Below are positions 1-11,797 of a DNA stretch of 64,000 nt, in pieces. The position numbers were made by a program, and so were the translations under genes. The DNA comes from an uncultured delta proteobacterium (GTDB lineage Bacteria > Myxococcota_A > UBA9160 > UBA4427), in assembly GCA_963822965.1 (NCBI GenBank), contig CAWGJT010000014.1:430288-494287 (forward strand), written 5' to 3'. The notes beneath the pieces are model-generated. The model saw only the letters and a program-made list of their open reading frames with translations. It was not told the DNA's origin and made no database searches. Numbering within the stretch: the stretch's first letter is position 1; the number at the start of each line of letters is the position of its first letter.

Positions 1-217
1 CGAGGCCGCTCGCACTGCCGAGACCGCGGAAGTGGTTGCGCCCCTTCTCGAGCACCGTGACCTCGAAGCCGGCCTCGGCCAGCACCCAGGCCGCCGTGGC
101 GCCGCCGGCTCCCGAGCCGATCACCACGACGTGACCGCTAGCGGAGGGAGCCCGCTCGGCTCCCGTTGCGGCGGAGCCGCGACCCGGGACTTCGTCGTGG
201 GTGGCGCCCCTAGGCAT
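1..217 (-). CDS. GMC-family FAD oxidoreductase, N-terminus only (runs off window edge)
   Basis: Not in the ORF track. Manual translation from ATG 217 gives MPRG...HVVVIGSGAGGATAAWVLAEAGFEVTVLEKG (GxGxxG Rossmann motif). It overlaps the stop of the upstream subunit-3-like gene. Confidence 0.75.
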   Translation of the reverse strand, partial: MPRGATHDEVPGRGSAATGAERAPSASGHVVVIGSGAGGATAAWVLAEAGFEVTVLEKGRNHFRGLGSASGL

Positions 218-1031
218 CGCCCGGCTCCTCGACGGGAAGCCCCAGCACCTCGCGGGCGCGCGCGCGGGCCCGGGCCACCGCTTCCGCCTGGTCCGGGTCG
301 GGGCTCGCGATCTCGGCGCGGGCCCAGGCGCGCGGCTGATGGTCACCGGGCCAACGGGTGTACGCCCAGCCCACGCGCTCGCGGTTGCCACCGTACTCCG
401 GCGCTCCGTACATCCCCTGCAGCGTGTGGCGGAAGGCCAGCTCGAGAAATGCGTCGTCGGGCCCGCCCGGGAGCCAACCCAGTGCGAGGCTGCGGCCCGT
501 GTATCCGAGCTCCGCGAAGGGCGCGCGCAGCCAGCGCCGGGCCGAGGCGTCCAGCGCATCGAGCCCCGAGACGTAGATCGCCTGCCAGCCGCGTACCGGT
601 CCGTTCCACTCGCGTTCGGGCAGGCCGCGGCTTCCCTCGATGCGCGTCCGCCACACCCGCTCCTCGAGGGCGTCGAGACGGATCCAGTTCCGGAAGTAGT
701 CGGGACCGCCGCCGTCGCGGTTGCTGAAGGGTCCGCCGGCGAAGATGTGCGGCTGCTCCAGCAGGAAGGCGCCCAGGAGCAGGTCGATGTAGTCCGCCAC
801 GCCCGCCTCGGCGGCGCCCGGGTCCGGGTCGTCCGGCGGGCCGGGAATCCAGTGGGCGCACAGCGCCCGCAGGACTCGCAGGCGCGGGGAGGAGAGGAAC
901 ACCCCGGCGCCCTCGGGCCGGGCGGCGCGGTCGTCGAGGATCTTCGCGAGCGCCGTGCCGGGCATCCCGGCCAGCAGCGCGAAGTCGCCGGTGAGTCGCA
1001 GGAACGCTCGGCGGTTGAGCGGCGGCGTCAC
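210..1031 (-). CDS. Gluconate 2-dehydrogenase subunit 3-like protein (Tat-exported partner of GMC enzyme)
   Basis: Twin-arginine signal NRRAFL, PGAAEAGVADYID, and GMYGAPEYGGNR..GW....WPG motifs. Confidence 0.8.
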   Translation of the reverse strand: MTPPLNRRAFLRLTGDFALLAGMPGTALAKILDDRAARPEGAGVFLSSPRLRVLRALCAHWIPGPPDDPDPGAAEAGVADYIDLLLGAFLLEQPHIFAGGPFSNRDGGGPDYFRNWIRLDALEERVWRTRIEGSRGLPEREWNGPVRGWQAIYVSGLDALDASARRWLRAPFAELGYTGRSLALGWLPGGPDDAFLELAFRHTLQGMYGAPEYGGNRERVGWAYTRWPGDHQPRAWARAEIASPDPDQAEAVARARARAREVLGLPVEEPGDA

Positions 1032-1144
1032 CCGTCCAGTCTATGCCAGGGCGCGGCAGGAGAGCGACGCAAGGGCGCTTGACGCGGGCGGGGGACTTCC
1101 GCCAGCATCCGAACTAGGCTTCGCCCCCCCGCCGGAGCGCAGCC

Positions 1145-2212
1145 ATGGCCTGGATCCGCAACCGCCCCACCGGTCTCGTGTATCGAGACGCCGACCAGGC
1201 GTACGACGGCTACGCCCTCGTGCCCCAGGGAGATCGGGTCCTGCTCGTCGACGGGGCGGGGGAGACGGTCCACCGCTGGCCCGCGCCGGCCGGGCTGTCG
1301 TACGCGAGGCTCCTCTCCGACGGCTCCCTGCTGGGTCTCGTGGGCGGTGATCCCAAGGCGCCGCCGAAGATCGCCAACGGCGAGATCTTCGGGATCGTGG
1401 AGATCGACCCCGACGGCGCGGTCGTCTGGAAGTACGACGGCGACCTGCTCCACCACGACGTATGGCGACTGGACGACGGGAGCTACCACGCGCTGGGCTT
1501 CGAGCCCCTCTCCCGCGAGCTGAGCCAGGCCATCCGCGGCGGCTGTCCCCACGAAGACGATCCGGAACGTATCTGGGGCGACACCATCGAGCACATCGGT
1601 CGAGACGGCAGCCGGGAGACGGTGTGGCGCGCGGCGGACCACCTGGACCCCGAGACGCAGATCCTGTGTCCGCTCGACCCGCGGAAGGAGTGGACCCACG
1701 GCAACTCGATCCGGGTCATGCGCGACGGGAGCTGGCTCGTGAGCTTCCGGATGACGAGCACCGTGGCCAAGCTCGATCGGCAGAGCGGCGCGGTGCTCTG
1801 GTCCTGGGGCCCCGGGATGACCTCGCACCAGCACGACGCCCGGGAGCTCGAGAACGGGCACATCCTGCTCTTCGACAACGGCGTCCATCGCGCGCGGGCG
1901 CCCGGCTTCGCGCGGGTGGTCGAGGTGGATCCCGGAACCGACGAGATCGTGTGGCAGTACGTGGATCGGACCATCCTCGCCTTCCAGTCCTTCATGGCGG
2001 GGGGTGCCCAGCGTCTTCCGAACGGCAACACGTTCATCACCGAGGCGGCGACGGGGCGGCTCTTCCAGGTGACCCCCGGCGGCGAGACCGTCTGGGAGTG
2101 GGTGAACCCGCACCTGGCGGACACCGTCTTCGGCCCGACCCCGGTCGTGTTCCGGTCCCACTGGTACGGCCGGGGTGATCCCCGTCTGCCGGCGGCGGTG
2201 CGGGGCGCGTAG
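1145..2212 (+). CDS. Arylsulfotransferase (ASST)-family beta-propeller
   Basis: HHD, WTHGNS, HQHDA, LLFDNG and GAQRLPNGNTFITE motifs; no signal peptide. Confidence 0.8.
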   Translation: MAWIRNRPTGLVYRDADQAYDGYALVPQGDRVLLVDGAGETVHRWPAPAGLSYARLLSDGSLLGLVGGDPKAPPKIANGEIFGIVEIDPDGAVVWKYDGDLLHHDVWRLDDGSYHALGFEPLSRELSQAIRGGCPHEDDPERIWGDTIEHIGRDGSRETVWRAADHLDPETQILCPLDPRKEWTHGNSIRVMRDGSWLVSFRMTSTVAKLDRQSGAVLWSWGPGMTSHQHDARELENGHILLFDNGVHRARAPGFARVVEVDPGTDEIVWQYVDRTILAFQSFMAGGAQRLPNGNTFITEAATGRLFQVTPGGETVWEWVNPHLADTVFGPTPVVFRSHWYGRGDPRLPAAVRGA

Positions 2213-2260
2213 GCCGCCGTCGCGATCGCCCCGGGTCGAAGCCCGGTGCTCGGGTGGCGC

Positions 2261-3181
2261 TCAGGACCCGGCGGCTGGGCGCCGCAGCCGCCCGAGCAGC
2301 CAGGCGTGCACCGGGACGAGGTCGAAGAAGACCAGGAAGACGATCGGGATCATCAGGAACATCACGCCGAGCAGCACGAAGTTCGCGACGTGGAAGCCCG
2401 CCACCACCAGCAGGAAGACGAGCCGCCAGCGCCAGTCGCGAATGAGCAGGATGAGGGGGAAGCCGGCTTCCATTGCGAACGTGAACCATCCGAGCACGTC
2501 GAGGAGCAGCGGCGAGCGCGCCAGCCCCAAGGCCAGGGGATCGACGGCGAGATGCCCCAGCTCCACGCCGCGCAGGGTCGCGCGCTCGTACAGGATCTCC
2601 TGGATCTTGGCGCCGCCTTCGAACCAGGCGAAGCCCGACATGCGCAGCTTCGCGATCACCGCCCAGAAGTAGAAGCTCGCGACGTAGAGCTGCATGGTCT
2701 TGATCGGCCAGCTCGCCTCCCACTCCGCCAGCGGGGCAGGCTTCCGCCTGCGGGCGTCCACGGAGTGGACGTCGCCGCAGCGGGACACGAGCAGCAGGAA
2801 GAGCATGTGCACGGGCATCAGGTATCGGTGGTGGACGTCTCCGGCGAAGCTGTCACGCACCCCCTTCAGGTAGAAGATGCAGAGGATCACGGCGAGGATG
2901 GCGCTGTAGGTGAAGCGCCCGAAGATCATGGCCAACGTCGCCACCAGCAGGAGCACGAAGACGATGGGGGTCAGCAGCGGGACGTGATCGTGGATGCCGA
3001 GGAGCTCGAAGTACCAGATGGGTCTCGTGAAGCGGAACGAGACCCCGAACGGATCGAGCGCGAAGACGAGATCGGCAAACTGCGAGACGTGGAAGGCCAG
3101 CAGCCCGCATCCGAAGTAGATGCGCAGCAGGCCCAGGCTCTCGGCCTGGAAGCCCCGGTAGACGAAATCAGCTGCCTTCAC
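2261..3181 (-). CDS. HTTM / vitamin K-dependent gamma-carboxylase-like membrane protein
   Basis: LGLLRIYFG start, multiple TM helices, DVHHRY, SVDAR, WPIKTMQLYVASFYFWAVIAKL, E.GFP and FHVANF. Confidence 0.75.
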   Translation of the reverse strand: MKAADFVYRGFQAESLGLLRIYFGCGLLAFHVSQFADLVFALDPFGVSFRFTRPIWYFELLGIHDHVPLLTPIVFVLLLVATLAMIFGRFTYSAILAVILCIFYLKGVRDSFAGDVHHRYLMPVHMLFLLLVSRCGDVHSVDARRRKPAPLAEWEASWPIKTMQLYVASFYFWAVIAKLRMSGFAWFEGGAKIQEILYERATLRGVELGHLAVDPLALGLARSPLLLDVLGWFTFAMEAGFPLILLIRDWRWRLVFLLVVAGFHVANFVLLGVMFLMIPIVFLVFFDLVPVHAWLLGRLRRPAAGS

Positions 3182-3674
3182 GCTTCCAGCGCTCGTCGTA
3201 TTCGGTGCGCCACTCGTGCTCGGAGCGGCGGAGGACGCGTTTCTCCACCTCCAGGTCCGACTTGCGCGCCCACCAGAACTCGGCCTCCGATTCCACCTTC
3301 ACGATGAAGTCCGGATCGCCGGGAGAACGCCCGAGGGTGCGATTCAGGCTGCGCAGCACCCGGTAGGGCCACTGGTCCGCGGGATTCTGTCCGAAGAGCC
3401 GCTGCCGGTAGAGGCGGCGGAAGTGACGCTTCGCGATGTTCAGGTCGGCCCGGGTCACGTAGGCCACCGTGCCGTCTTGCTGGGTGACGCGGAAGCCGCG
3501 CTTCGTGGCCTCCCGGTCTGCGCCCCGTACCTCGATCCGGTCGCTGGGCCGGTACCGGCTGTACATGGGCACCCAGCTGAGCGGGAAGCGGTCGATCTGG
3601 AAGACGACGGCGCTCCACGTCACGATCCAGTAGATCGTGAGCCCCCATCCCACCGTCCGGCGGCGGAGCTTCAC
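3168..3674 (-). CDS. Membrane-anchored hypothetical protein, probable HTTM partner
   Basis: One N-terminal TM followed by FPLSWVPMYS; overlaps the HTTM gene start. Confidence 0.6.
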   Translation of the reverse strand: MKLRRRTVGWGLTIYWIVTWSAVVFQIDRFPLSWVPMYSRYRPSDRIEVRGADREATKRGFRVTQQDGTVAYVTRADLNIAKRHFRRLYRQRLFGQNPADQWPYRVLRSLNRTLGRSPGDPDFIVKVESEAEFWWARKSDLEVEKRVLRRSEHEWRTEYDERWKREGS

Positions 3675-3866
3675 CGGGTCATCCGGCGGCGCGGGCGAAG
3701 GCGGGAAACGCCGGCACCGCCGGGGGGAGGGTGTGGTCCGTCGGTCTCTGGGGCCCGGGAAGCGCGGTCACGGCGGCAGCATACTCCGGGGCGCCTTTCT
3801 CGCCACGGCTCGCGGGTGCCGGCGGGAGAGCTTGCGGAGCGAGCACACGGCCACCATGATCCCGAG

Positions 3867-5294
<1,428 letters not shown>

Positions 5295-5381
5295 CCCGAT
5301 CCCGCTTCTTCCCCGTTCCGGGCGGCCGATCGATCGGATCGGGATTGCCCGCATCCGCCCCCGAACCTCGCCGGAACCCGA

Positions 5382-7014
5382 ATGATCCACCTGACCCACG
5401 TCACCAAGCAGCAGGGCTCGCGCGTGCTCTTTCGCGACGCCAGCTTCCAGATCCTCCCCGGTGCCCGCACCGGGCTCGTGGGCCCCAACGGCGCCGGCAA
5501 GACGACGATCTTCCGATTGATCGCGGGCGAGGACGACGCGAACGCCGGCCAGGTCACGTGCGCGAAGAACACGGTGATCGGGTACTTCTCCCAGGACGTG
5601 GGAGACATGGCCGGCTGCAGCGCGCTCGCCCAGGTGATGAGCGCTTCCGCCGACGTCGTGCGCCTCGGCGAGGAGATCCGGGCCATGGAGAGCGCCATGG
5701 CCGAGCCCCTGGTCGACGACGAGATGGCCGCGTTGCTCGAGCGCTACGGAACCGCCATGGAGGCCTTCGAACATCGAGGCGGCTACGAGCTCGAGAGTCG
5801 AGCGCGCACCGTGCTGACGGGCCTCGGAATCGGTCCCGACGACCACGCCCGGCCGGTGGAGAGCTTCAGCGGCGGGTGGAAGATGCGAATCGCCCTCGCC
5901 GGCATCCTCACCCAGAACCCCGACGTGCTGCTGCTCGACGAGCCGACGAATCACCTCGACGTCGAGTCCATCGTCTGGCTGGAGGAGTGGCTGCGGAACG
6001 AGTTTCGCGGCGCGGTGCTGCTCACGACCCACGACCGGGAGTTCATGAATCGTCTGGTGTCGCGCATCCTCGAGGTCGCGAACCAGGCCGTCACCCTCTA
6101 CAACGGCGGCTTCGACTTCTACCTGCGCGAGCGCGAGATTCGCGCCGAGCAGCAGCGCGCGGCGCACAAGCGCCAGCAGGACATGCTCGCGAAGGAGGAG
6201 GAGTTCATCGCCCGCTTCGCGGCTCGCGCCTCGCATGCCGCGCAGGTGCAGTCGCGCGTGAAGAAGCTCGAGAAGATCGAGCGTGTGGAGGCGCCGCCGG
6301 ATCCCAAGACGATCCGCTTCGAGTTCGCGGCGCCGCCGCGCAGCGGTGACGACGTCGTCTCCTTCCGGAGTCTCGCGAAGACCTGGCCCGCCGACCCCCA
6401 GGTCGGAACCCGCGAGACGCCGGTGTTCCACGGGGTCTCCGGTACGGTCTCACGCGGGGACAAGATCGCGGTGGTCGGGGTGAACGGCGCCGGGAAGTCG
6501 ACGTTTCTCAAGGTGCTGGCCGGTGAGACGCCGGCCTCGGGCGGCGATCTCCAGCATGGGCGCGAACGTCGGCGTCGGCTACTTCAGCCAGCACGCCATG
6601 GAGCGGCTCGTCGCCGGGCGGACGGTGCTCGAGACGCTGCAGGACGCCATGCCCCAGGCGAGCATGGGAGCGATCCGTCAGCTCGCGGCCGCGTTCCTGT
6701 TCCAGGGCGACGACGTCGAAAAGCGGACCGAGGTGCTCTCCGGCGGCGAGAAGACCCGCCTCGTTCTCGCCACGCTGCTCGCCCAGCCCCACAACCTGCT
6801 GGTGCTCGACGAGCCCACGAACCATCTCGACCTGCTCTCGCGCGAGATCCTGCTCGAGGCGCTGCAGCGCTTCGCGGGCACGGTCGTGCTCGTGAGCCAC
6901 GACCGGCACTTCCTGCGCTCGCTCGTGGGCCGGGTCTTCGAGGTGGACCACGGCGCCATGCGCGCCTACGAAGGCGACTACGACTACTACCGGGGCAAGG
7001 TCGCCGCGGCGTGA
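5382..7014 (+). CDS. ABC-F family ATPase (one frameshift near 6545)
   Basis: Two ABC domains (GPNGAGKT/FSGGW/LLLDEPTNHLD and GVNGAGKS/LSGGE/LDEPTNHLD), no TM segments; the second domain is split across ORFs 5382 and 6523. Confidence 0.88.
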
Positions 7015-7024
7015 GCCGCGCGTG

Positions 7025-7043
7025 CCGGGGAGACGCTCCCCGG
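7025..7043. terminator. GC hairpin between convergent genes
   Basis: CCGGGGAG-acg-CTCCCCGG; no U-tract. Confidence 0.35.
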
Positions 7044-7054
7044 GGTCGCGCCGC

Positions 7055-7525
7055 TCACACCTCGACGGCCTCGAAGCCCACGCGGCCGTTGGGCTGTAGC
7101 CGCGCGAACTACGCCTCCACGCGGTCGAGGCCCGTCACCCGGCGGACGACGGCGGCGGCGCGTACCAGGTCGGCGCACTGGACGAGCTCCATGCGCCGGT
7201 CGGCCAGCTCGAGACGCGCGCGGTAGAACGCGCAGTCCTGGTGGGCGACGAGCACGACGCGCTGCAGCTCGTGCGCGTCCACCAGGAAGCGGAGCTCGTC
7301 GACGACACCCTGCTCCTCGAGGTGTGCCTGGGGATGCCCGCCAGGCAGGCGGGGCCCTCCGGGCAGCGCGACGCGGTCGTAGCGGGGCAGCCCGAGGCCG
7401 TTCTGGAGGAAGTCGTCGAAGTGCTCGCCGACGCGCCCGTCCGAGCAGTAGATGGCTGCGGCGTGGATGCGCGCGACCTCGTACGCGAATCGGCTCTCGT
7501 AATCGTGCGTGGTCTTCTTCGACAC
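7055..7525 (-). CDS. Beta-class carbonic anhydrase-like protein (frameshift near C-terminus)
   Basis: YCSDGR (CxDxR) and HQDC (HxxC) zinc motifs; AGGAG RBS; C-terminus continues in another frame to TGA 7055. Confidence 0.65.
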
Positions 7526-7645
7526 CGGAGGTCTTCTCCTGGAAGGCGATCGACGCGGATCGCCGTGCTGGGTTGCGGGCCTCGACCGCCGAGGCGCGGT
7601 GGACCAACGTTACCGCGCCACGCCGGGTGTGGCCGGCCCGACGGC

Positions 7646-8592
7646 TCAGTCGACCTGGATCGGGTTGGCCAGCTCGAGGCCGCGGCCCAGCAGCCGGCTC
7701 TCCTGCAGCGGCGCAGCTGGTCCAGGTCGTGGCTGCGACGACCACCAGAGTCGGGATCGTCGAGCATGCCGTGAAGGGGCCGGAACTGGGCCAGCACGTC
7801 GCCGCGGTTCTCGCCGAGGACGTAGTCGGTGACGAGACGAGGGCGGTAGCGGAGCTCGCGAAGCTGGTCCATGTGCCAGGCGACGTCGCCGATGAAGAGG
7901 AACCCGCGGCCCCCCGCCGTCTCGACGTAGACGAGCTGGCTGCCCGGCGTGTGACCCGGGGCGGGGAAGACCACGATGCCGGGTGCGATCGCCCGGGCGC
8001 CCCGAGCGGACGGGCGTGATCGCCTCCATCAGCGCGGCGGGCAGCAGCTCCCGGGTCTGCGGGTTCTCGTACTGGGCGGTGGGCAGGAAGACGCGCGTCG
8101 CCAGGCCTTCGAACTCCGCCGGGCCACCTCGGCCAGACCCTCGATGTGGTCGGCATGCTCGTGGGTCATCACGACGACCCGCGCGCCGGGCAGCGCGCGT
8201 TCAGCCCTTCGAAGGCGCGCAGCGTCGTAGATGCCGCGCCCGCGCGCGGCCATCTGCTCGAATACCTCCGGCCCGAAGCCGGCGTCGATCAGCGCATAGC
8301 TGCCGTCCGGGATAGACGACCTGGTAGGCGCCGTGGACCATCGTGTGGGGCGAGAAGTCGAAGCCCGAGAAGAGGGCGGCGCGGGGCAGGCTCGCCTCGG
8401 CGATCTTCACGTGGTTGACGCGCACGGGCAGGTCGCCGGGCAGGCGTGGGCCGCGGGCTGGATCGCCGTCCGGTCGATCGCGTAGTCCGAATGCACGGGG
8501 ACGTCTTCCCCGCCCAGCAGGTAGACGCCGGCGCCGGCCGCGAGGAGGAGCAGCAGCGCGATGGTGAGCCCCAGGATCCGCAGGATCCTCAT
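7646..8592 (-). CDS. Membrane-anchored MBL-fold metallohydrolase (several frameshifts)
   Basis: Pieces in different frames: N-terminal TM, THEHADHIEG, PGHTPGSQ, FIGDVAW and SHD. Confidence 0.7.
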
Positions 8593-8724
8593 CGTTTCCC
8601 TCCTCCGGGGGAGACGCTCGGCGTCGCGCCCGAAGGCTCGGGTGGGTTGCCCATGCGGGAGACTACCATGCGACGCATCCGCAGGGGCCGAAGGACCGGG
8701 AAGGTTCGATGGGCGAACGCGCTC

Positions 8725-9750
8725 TCAGGCGCGGGCGACGACCAGCTTGACGGCGGGCTCGAGGTAGGCGCGGGGCGCCTCCTCCCAGTCGGCCACCCGG
8801 GTGGTGACGTGCTGGGGCTGGAGCCGCCCGGACTCGATCAGCGGCATCACCTCGGGAAGCAGCGCCGCCGCGTGGGCGCGGCCGATGAAGAAGCGGATGC
8901 CCAGGGTGTAGAGCCTGCCCAGGGGCAGCGGCGTCTCGGGTGCGGGGTAGAAGCTCACGCTCTGGAGCGTGCCCTCCGCCCGGGTCGACGCGATCGCATA
9001 GCGGAGTCCTTCCGGTCGCGAGCCGCAGTCCACCACGATCGGGTAGCGATCCCGACGGCGGCCGAAGTCGGTGCGCACGGCCCGGGCGCCGAGCTTCTCG
9101 GCCAGCGCGAGGACCTCGTCCTGGTCGCTCGCGAAGTCGACCCGCCCCGCCCCGAGCGCCCGCGCGGCCTGCACGCCGTAGAGGGCGAGGCTCGGGGTGC
9201 CGTGGCAGACGAAGAGCACGTCGGCCCCGGGCTGCGCGGCGAGATGAGGCGCCACGCTGCGATAGCCGTCCAGCACGTTGTCGGAGACGCTGGCCAGGCG
9301 CCACCGGGTCCGACGCCCGCCGGCACGCGGCTGCAGCATGGCCTCGGCGTGGGGCACGCGCACGAGATCCGAGAGCATGCCCCCGTACTCCACGCCGGAG
9401 AGCGGCTGCATCCCGTAGTCGGAGAGCACCGGGTAGGCGTCGCAGCCCGCCGTGTGGCCGGCGTGGCAGGAGGCGCAGCTGCCGCAGGAGAGCTGGAAGG
9501 CGACGACCACGTGCTGCCCGATCTCGAGCCCGCGCACGCCGTCGCCCAGGGCGACGATCTCCGCCACGCACTCGTGGCCCAGCGCGAACGGTCCGCGCGA
9601 GGGCAGCAGCCCCGAGATGAGGAAGGGGTCGATCTCGCAGCGGGCCACCGCCAGCGGCCGTACGAGCGCCTCGCCGTCGCCCGCGAGCCGCGGCTCGGGA
9701 ACCTCGCGCCATTCGACCTTCTGCCGACCGGTACAGGTGAGCTGTCTCAT
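8725..9750 (-). CDS. Zinc-dependent (MDR) alcohol dehydrogenase
   Basis: RCEID, GHEC and CGSCASCHAGHTAGC structural Zn motif. Confidence 0.88.
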   Translation of the reverse strand: MRQLTCTGRQKVEWREVPEPRLAGDGEALVRPLAVARCEIDPFLISGLLPSRGPFALGHECVAEIVALGDGVRGLEIGQHVVVAFQLSCGSCASCHAGHTAGCDAYPVLSDYGMQPLSGVEYGGMLSDLVRVPHAEAMLQPRAGGRRTRWRLASVSDNVLDGYRSVAPHLAAQPGADVLFVCHGTPSLALYGVQAARALGAGRVDFASDQDEVLALAEKLGARAVRTDFGRRRDRYPIVVDCGSRPEGLRYAIASTRAEGTLQSVSFYPAPETPLPLGRLYTLGIRFFIGRAHAAALLPEVMPLIESGRLQPQHVTTRVADWEEAPRAYLEPAVKLVVARA

Positions 9751-9841
9751 GGGCGCGGAGGCTACGGGCGGCTCGGGCACGCGGGCAAGCGAATCGTTTG
9801 CATGCGCGCGTGCAGCCCACGCAATCGCAGTCCGCTCCCGA

Positions 9842-10723
9842 TCAGGCGAGCGCGGCGACCAGCCAGTCCCGCAGGGCGACGATGCGCGGGTCGCCGAGAC
9901 CCTCTTCTCGGCAGACCAGGTGGTAGGTCGAAGCGGAACGGGTGCGGAGAGGGAAGGGCGCGACCAGGCGGCCGTCGGCCAGCTCGGGTGCGCACAGGAT
10001 CTCCGTGGAGAGAGCGACCCCTTGTCCCGAGACGGCGGCGCTCAGGGCGATCTCCACGTGGTCGTACACCACCCGGCGTCGCGGCTCGAGCCCCGCCAGC
10101 CCGGCGCGCTCGAGCCAGCCCCGCCAGGCCTCGGGCGTCTGGGAGATGCCGATGCAGGTGTGGGCCGCCAGATCGCGAGGCTCGCGGAGACCGGGCTCGC
10201 CGGCCGCCAGGGCGGGGCTGCACACCGGAAAGAAGTCGAGGTCGACGAGCGGCTCGGAGTGCAGCCCGTCCCACGGCCCTTCGCCGAAGCGGATCGCCAC
10301 GTCGACCGGATCGCGGTCGAAGTCGGCGTAGCGCAGGGTCGCCTCGATCTCGAGCTCGACACCCGGATGAACGGCCTCGAAGCCCGGCAGGTTCGGGATC
10401 AGCCACTTCGCGCTGAAGGACTCGAGAGCGCTGACCCGCAGGGGGCCCGACGGCTGCGGGGCGACCGAGCGCTGGGCGGCGCGGAGTACCGCCAGTGCCT
10501 CCTCGACGCGACCGCGATAGCGCAGCCCCGCGGCGGTCAGCTCGAGGCCCGGGTTCAGCCGGCGGAGGAGCGGCACCCCCAGGTGCTCTTCGAGGCCCTG
10601 GATCTGGCGGCTCACCGCCGACGGCGACAGCGCGAGCTCGCGCGCCGCCGCCTTGATGCTGAGCGTCCCGGCGACGGCGCAGAACGCGCGCAGGGCCGCG
10701 ATCGGCGGAAGCTCATCGCGCAT
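9842..10723 (-). CDS. LysR-family regulator (GcvA-like)
   Basis: LPPIAALRAF..AARELALSPSAVSRQIQGLE HTH; DVAIRFG and GQGVAL. Confidence 0.92.
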   Translation of the reverse strand: MRDELPPIAALRAFCAVAGTLSIKAAARELALSPSAVSRQIQGLEEHLGVPLLRRLNPGLELTAAGLRYRGRVEEALAVLRAAQRSVAPQPSGPLRVSALESFSAKWLIPNLPGFEAVHPGVELEIEATLRYADFDRDPVDVAIRFGEGPWDGLHSEPLVDLDFFPVCSPALAAGEPGLREPRDLAAHTCIGISQTPEAWRGWLERAGLAGLEPRRRVVYDHVEIALSAAVSGQGVALSTEILCAPELADGRLVAPFPLRTRSASTYHLVCREEGLGDPRIVALRDWLVAALA

Positions 10724-10790
10724 GGGACGGGTCGCGAACCGAGTCCGTCATGCGGGGGGTCGGCTCCTCTCGGGTGGGCGCGAGGGGCAT

Positions 10791-10825
10791 GGTAGCCCGG
10801 GGGTCGGCTCGACCCCCGGGCTACC
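10791..10825. terminator. Perfect 16-bp stem hairpin downstream of the SDR gene
   Basis: GGTAGCCCGGGGGTCG-gct-CGACCCCCGGGCTACC. Confidence 0.5.
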
Positions 10826-10885
10826 GATCGACGCCTCGATCCGGGCGCACAGCGCGCGCCCGGGCGCTCCCGCGCGGCGACCGGA

Positions 10886-11719
10886 TCAGAGGTCGAGCTG
10901 CTTCGGCGGGCGGATCACGATGTCGGCGATGTTGACGTGGGGCGGCTGCGTGACCGCGTAGAGCACGGCCTGGGCCACGTCCGCCGGGTCGCCGAGGAGC
11001 TGCGCGAGCTTGTCGGCCAGCTTCGCGAACACCTCGTCGGGCAGTCGCTCCCCGGGCTTCACCTCGACGTCGAGGCCCGCCATCTTGACGAAGCCGGCCA
11101 CGAAGGCCGGGTCGAAGTTGCGCGCGAAGTTGGTCGCGATCGCGCCGGGCATCACGTTGACGACGCGGATCGAGTCGTCCTCGAGCTCCTTCCGGAGGGT
11201 CGCGGAGATCGCGTCGACAGCGTGCTTGGTGGCGCCGTAGACGCCGGAGTCCCGGCGCTGGGCGGCGATGGACGAGATGTTGACGACGTGGCCGTCGGCA
11301 CCGCAGGCCCGCATCGCGCGCACCCCCGCCTGGCAGCCCACGAGCAGCGCCAGCACGTTGGTCTCGAGCATCGTCCGCCACTCCTCGGGATCGCCCTCGA
11401 GGATGGGCGCCGGGTACGAGACGCCGGCATTGTTGACCAGGATGTCGAGGCGTCCGGTCTCGGCGACGGCGGCGTCGACGAGAGCGCGCACCTGGGCGGG
11501 ATCACGGACGTCGGCGACCACGCTCTGCGCGCGGCCCCCGGACTCCTCGATCTTCTTCACCGAGGCCTCCATGGAGGCTGCCGTGCGCCCGCTCAGGAAG
11601 ACGTGGGCGCCCGCGGCACCGAGGGTCTCCGCGATGGCGCGGCCGATGCCGCTGGAGGCGCCGGTCACGACGGCGGTGCGGCCTTGCAGGGGGGACGTGG
11701 GGCTCGGGGTCTCGCTCAT
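10886..11719 (-). CDS. SDR-family oxidoreductase
   Basis: TGASSGIG, NNAG and YGATK. Confidence 0.92.
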   Translation of the reverse strand: MSETPSPTSPLQGRTAVVTGASSGIGRAIAETLGAAGAHVFLSGRTAASMEASVKKIEESGGRAQSVVADVRDPAQVRALVDAAVAETGRLDILVNNAGVSYPAPILEGDPEEWRTMLETNVLALLVGCQAGVRAMRACGADGHVVNISSIAAQRRDSGVYGATKHAVDAISATLRKELEDDSIRVVNVMPGAIATNFARNFDPAFVAGFVKMAGLDVEVKPGERLPDEVFAKLADKLAQLLGDPADVAQAVLYAVTQPPHVNIADIVIRPPKQLDL

Positions 11720-11761
11720 GGGAAGCTCTCCGGGGTGGGGCGCGCGGGGTGAGATGTCGAA

Positions 11762-11795
11762 TTGACAGTTTCAGTATGAAATGTCACTTTGTCAA
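11762..11795. promoter_or_regulatory. Divergent promoter / probable TetR operator
   Basis: AT-rich island TTGACAgtttcagtatgaaatgtcacttTGTCAA, with TTGACA on both strands and an inner dyad TGACA(g)TTTCA-gta-TGAAATGTCA. Confidence 0.65.
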
Positions 11796-11797
11796 GC

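Noticed and set aside
6530..6560. Programmed frameshift in the ABC-F gene (or the di-heme gene)
   Set aside because: No slippery heptamer seen, and indels are common in neighbouring genes
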